Source: a virus
Lineage: Duplodnaviria; Caudoviricetes
Reading direction: 5' to 3' (one strand)
Length of the DNA stretch: 64,000 nt
IMG/VR virus record: IMGVR_UViG_3300001528_000378
Coordinates: 32,001-96,000 of that record
Part shown: one piece after another, positions 60,052 to 64,000 of the stretch
Numbering within the stretch: the stretch's first letter is position 1
Layout of the letters: each line of letters opens with the position of its first letter
The notes under the pieces: model-generated
Database searches by the model: none
Told to the model about the DNA's origin: nothing
What the model saw: the letters and a program-made list of their open reading frames with translations, nothing else
Program-made: the position numbers and the translations under genes

Positions 60052-62272
60052 CTATTTTACAATTTCCACCATAAAGTTTTCCCTCCAAAAATCGTTCTCT
60101 GTAACCTCTCTAAAAATAGAGGTACTATCAAAAACTTTGGGAGAATATCCCCTAACAAAAGTAGTTCTATTAATTTTGGTAACATACTTACCAGTATTTT
60201 TATCCTTTATGATAAACTTAATAGACGAAGCACCATCCATCAAAGCCTTGTATAATGCTTCCCTACCTTCTTTATAGAAGGCTTGTCTTAAAGCTTCAGC
60301 TCTATTAAGAAAATGTTTCTTATTCCTGCTGGTAGAGGCGTACTTTAACGCTTTATTATATAGCGTATAAATACGATCATACTTTTTTAGGTACCCAAAG
60401 TACCTAGCTAAATTTGCCACGTCCAAATATTTGTTTTTTCCCTTTTGAAACTCTCCGTGCAAATAGTCCAAAAGGATTCTTTTTTCCAATTCCCCCCTAC
60501 TATACCCTTCATTTTTCCCAAGCGTCCACTTATTATAATATTTTGGAAACTCGTTGCTAGAGGCGGACACAACATCTGCCACATACCCATTATCCCCTTT
60601 TCGTACCCTTAAATTTTTTACAATTTCGTAAGACATATACCCCCCTATTTATTAATGTTAATTGTACCCTCTTTGATCAATTTTTCAATCCCCTTTTTAT
60701 TAAGGAATTTATTATCAATGCTACTATATTCTTTTAAAAATAAGTAGAGATGTCTCAATGTCGTACGGGAATAATCCCAGTCTTTATACAAGGTTACTTT
60801 ATTTCTACTAACACTAGCAATTAAAGACTTATAGGATTGGAAATAAACAGTCCCCTCATTTGAAATAATGTATTGATTGTTATGATAATATTTCTTTACA
60901 AGCATATTAAACCTCCTTTTTTGGTATATTATTAGATGCTTATCTTAAAACAAGCACAAGCGGATATAGGCGGATAGGATGGGGGGCAGTTAGCGGTCCG
61001 CCCAATAGGTAAATGTGTTTAACTTTTCAGCCCCGTATTTTTTCCACCAAACAGAGAGTCTTTTTTCAAAGTCCGCCAAAACTTTTTTATAGGCGGATAT
61101 AATCATTTCCCGCTCCGCTTTATCCAAACATACCACGGGTATAACATCTGGCATTTTTTCGTGCTTTTTTAATCCGTTTTCAATTTCCCCGCAATCCGTT
61201 AAATGATCATAATTCTCCCATACCAATCTAGCAGTTCCGTTGTACAAGTACATCACCCCAAGCACATAGGGGTATTGCATACAATTTTCCCTTTCCAAAG
61301 TCTGCACAATTTTCTGTAATTCTTTGGTATTTCGGTAGATAAAATAATCCTTCATTTTATCCTTATTTTTAAGCAAATCCTTATAAAGCTCAAAGTTTGG
61401 ACCTTCATCATAAAAGCTGAAGTTTTTTTCAATACAGGGCTGATTAATTCCCAATATAGTACCATTAAATTGCACAGCATCGGCGGTATGTTTTTGCAAC
61501 CCTTTGGCCATCCTTTCATTGGTAGGCCAATTTCTTTTGGCATATACTTTTATTAGTTCTTTCATAAATACCTCCCCCCCCTATTAAGGACGTAGGGGGC
61601 AACCATCTAATTTTCCACAATCCGGAGTTTCCGCGTCAAGGCACGGGCAAATATAAGTAATAAAAGTCTCGTCAAAGCCCCTAGTTTCTGCGCGGATGGG
61701 GCAATCTATACAATTTTTAGGAAATGGGATATTTATCTTTGTCATAAGTACAACCCCCTATTAGATACCTAAAATAATCTTATAGGTATCTGTCTTTTTT
61801 AGATATTTTATAGATACCACGTAACAATTCCACGATTTAAGTGTATCATCAAAAACGGTTACGTCATCCGCAAGTTCAAAGTGCTCCCTATAAATGACAA
61901 ATACACATTTTTCATTATCATAATAATCTGTATTTTTTAAAATTATGGTAGTCATAGTATACCTCCTTATAAGTCGCAAACCAAAGAATAAACATATCTA
62001 CAAAGTGTATTATATTGTTTATTCTGCCAATAGTCAAGTAAAATATCTTTTTTATCGGCAAGAATTGCGTTCATTTTCTCTAACTTTTTACTAGACTTGC
62101 GCCCCTCTAATAAGGTAAAGTAAAAATTTCCCTCGTCAAAAGGGGAGTACTCCGAAATAGTTATTCCACCAAGTTTGCGCTCCCTTTCTTTCTGGACGTG
62201 TAGGTTATATTCCCCCTCGCTATGTGAAATATGTATATCTAAAACAAAATTATTTTCTAATGCTACTTTCAT
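60052..62272 (-). CDS. First-transcribed small genes (60052..60636, 60645..60905, 60990..61565, Cys-rich 61584..61745, 61761..61955, 61967..62272)
   Basis: Co-oriented ORFs with GGAGG or G-run RBSs, downstream of the promoter array. Confidence 0.65.
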
Positions 62273-62883
62273 AATACTACCTCCCTTGGTACTCCTATTC
62301 CATTATATAATCACACACGCCCCCCCCCATATGGCGGTTTGTGGCGGATATGATTGTATAATGGAGGGGGTATATTTAACTAGGTTAGGTACTTATATTT
62401 TGTACCTTCTATTGTACCCCCCTCCTTTTTTTTTTACATTTATTTCCTTTTTTTAGTGTTTGATTAATTAACAAGGGAAATCACCCCCGCCATCACGGCC
62501 TAGGCCTTTTATTTGGTATCATAGTTCTATTTTTGGTACAAACATAATGCAATATCTTATATGATCTCATATATCCTACCTTCACACTAGTATATTGATC
62601 CTCCCCTATTATTTTTTGCCGTGCAAAAATAAGTTAGGTTATCACTTTATATTAGATGTTGGGAGTTACTTTTTATGTGCCACATATCCCTTTTTACATT
62701 ATTTTTGTATCAATTTTTCCAATAGTTATATTGGTATATTTTTTGATACTTTTCTTAAATTATCAAAGATCCGTATTTTAATTATTTATCATATTTGCTT
62801 ATCAATCCTAATAATTTGATGCTATCTGGTTATCATCCATTGATAAACTCTTTATGACTGGTTTTTAAAATACCACTGTATAC

Positions 62884-63728
62884 ATTATAGCATATTATAA
62901 TATCATTGTCAATAGTCTTTTAATGATACATATGCAAACTAATAAAGATAGATTGTACGACTATATCCGTACCGCTCTCTATATAGGTATACTTGTAAAG
63001 ATCTATGAGCTCCTTTTAACATTAGCCCCTCGTTTCCTTCATACTTATATTATAGCATATTTTACTACTCTTGTCAATACCTTTTTTATTTTAGAGGTGG
63101 TATTTGTTTTCCCCTATACTTATAGCATAGCATATTTGGTTTTGATTGTCAAGGCACTTTTCCAAGTCCGTTTGATCTTTACCATCTGCTTTACTATACT
63201 TATATGTTAGCAAATTTTGATATTGATGTCAAGCCCTATTTTTATTCTTTTAGAGGCACTTGCAAATATCTTTTTTGCTCCCTTCATACTTATATTATAG
63301 CATATTTTGGAACTAATGTCAAGGCGCTTTTTCCAAGCCCTTCAATTAATACCCTTCTGCTATACATATATTATAACAAATAAATTTAACATTGTCAAGG
63401 GCCTTTTTTATCCCCTTATAATTCCTTATCTGCTATACTTATATATTAGCATATTTTACGGATTATGTCAAGGCCTTAATTTTAAAACACTTTTTTAATA
63501 GTGGTATATTATACCATATTATGATGCTTAAGTCAATACCCTTTTTTATGTGTTTATTAGCTTACGGCCTGGGCCTCTAATGATATTTTACAATTTTAAA
63601 AGACAGATGTCAATAGGTATTTTTATTCTATTTTACCCATATCCTATATTTTACCATATTATTAGACAGATGTCAATAGGCTTTTTATCCCATCTTTACA
63701 TTATATCATATTTGAAGCATTTTGTCAA
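62884..63728 (-). repeat. Array of 11 tandem sigma70-type promoters
   Basis: -35 boxes (TGTCAA/AGTCAA on +) start at 62907, 63072, 63147, 63227, 63317, 63393, 63466, 63531, 63608, 63671 and 63723. Each is exactly 17 bp from a TANNNT -10. Confidence 0.88.
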
Positions 63729-64000
63729 GTGCAGCTCATAGATTCCATTAATACATACTACCATAAAAACACGGAGAAACCCCTAGCAGAATCGTAACTT
63801 ATCCCTATATTTTAAGGGTTTTTAAAAAGTGCCCGTTTGTCTGTTTTATATCTATTTTAGGTATTTAATGGAGCATTTCATAGGTTAGTCTTATTATATG
63901 TTATCTAATGCAAATTAATTAGATATCTAATACTACAAAAGTTTAGCATCCCCTAGTGATTCCTTAATTTATCCCTATATTATAAGACTTTTCTTATCTA

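Noticed and set aside
60906-62450. tRNA or structured ncRNA in the GC-richer intergenic patches (about 60950-60990 and 62315-62350)
   Set aside because: No cloverleaf or T-loop consensus and no convincing long stem; a covariance-model search would be needed.
62884-63728. CRISPR or TIGR-like guide array
   Set aside because: Units are not identical repeats, the period is irregular (52-165 bp), conservation is limited to promoter elements, and no cas or Nop-domain gene is visible.
62595-63741. + strand ORFs over the array (62595, 62923, 63307, 63550) and - strand mini-ORFs such as MKETRG and MKGAKKDICKCL
   Set aside because: They look like low-complexity by-products of AT-rich promoter repeats, lack RBSs, and the mini-ORFs are not conserved between units.
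1-64000. Stop-codon reassignment
   Set aside because: Conserved genes are full length in the standard code, and TAA, TAG and TGA all end genes directly before the next start.

Overview
AT-rich segment of a large dsDNA bacteriophage genome, read with the standard code; the host cannot be determined from this window. The + strand arm (1-28.5 kb) begins with the end of a glycine-rich tail-fibre gene. It continues with a replication/recombination block: intein-containing SF2 helicase, DnaC-like loader, DnaB, GroEL, T5 A1-like metallophosphoesterase, stand-alone primase zinc domain, SSB-like protein, RecA, Mre11/SbcD, a split Rad50/SbcC, a degenerate RNase HII, a RuvC-like resolvase and a UDG-fused family A polymerase with a second intein. 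It ends with a tail-adhesin-like cassette and a bidirectional terminator. The - strand arm (28.5-62.3 kb) carries nucleotide and one-carbon metabolism, repair and regulatory genes (two DNA methyltransferases, DNA ligase, ThyX, Pnkp/RNA ligase, NusG paralogue, thioredoxin, dUTPase, AAA-M41 protease, GlyA, stand-alone primase TOPRIM core, MetK, Panacea domain, PTP-like phosphatase, RuvB) and many small early-type genes. The most striking element is a non-coding array of 11 tandem, co-oriented sigma70-type promoters (62.88-63.73 kb) pointing into the early genes. Other candidates for uncharacterised systems are an apparently three-piece Rad50/Mre11, a primase split across 34 kb, and two non-canonical-nucleotide recognition folds (UDG, RNase HII) with replaced catalytic motifs. 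All family calls come from motifs read by eye; no database search was run.
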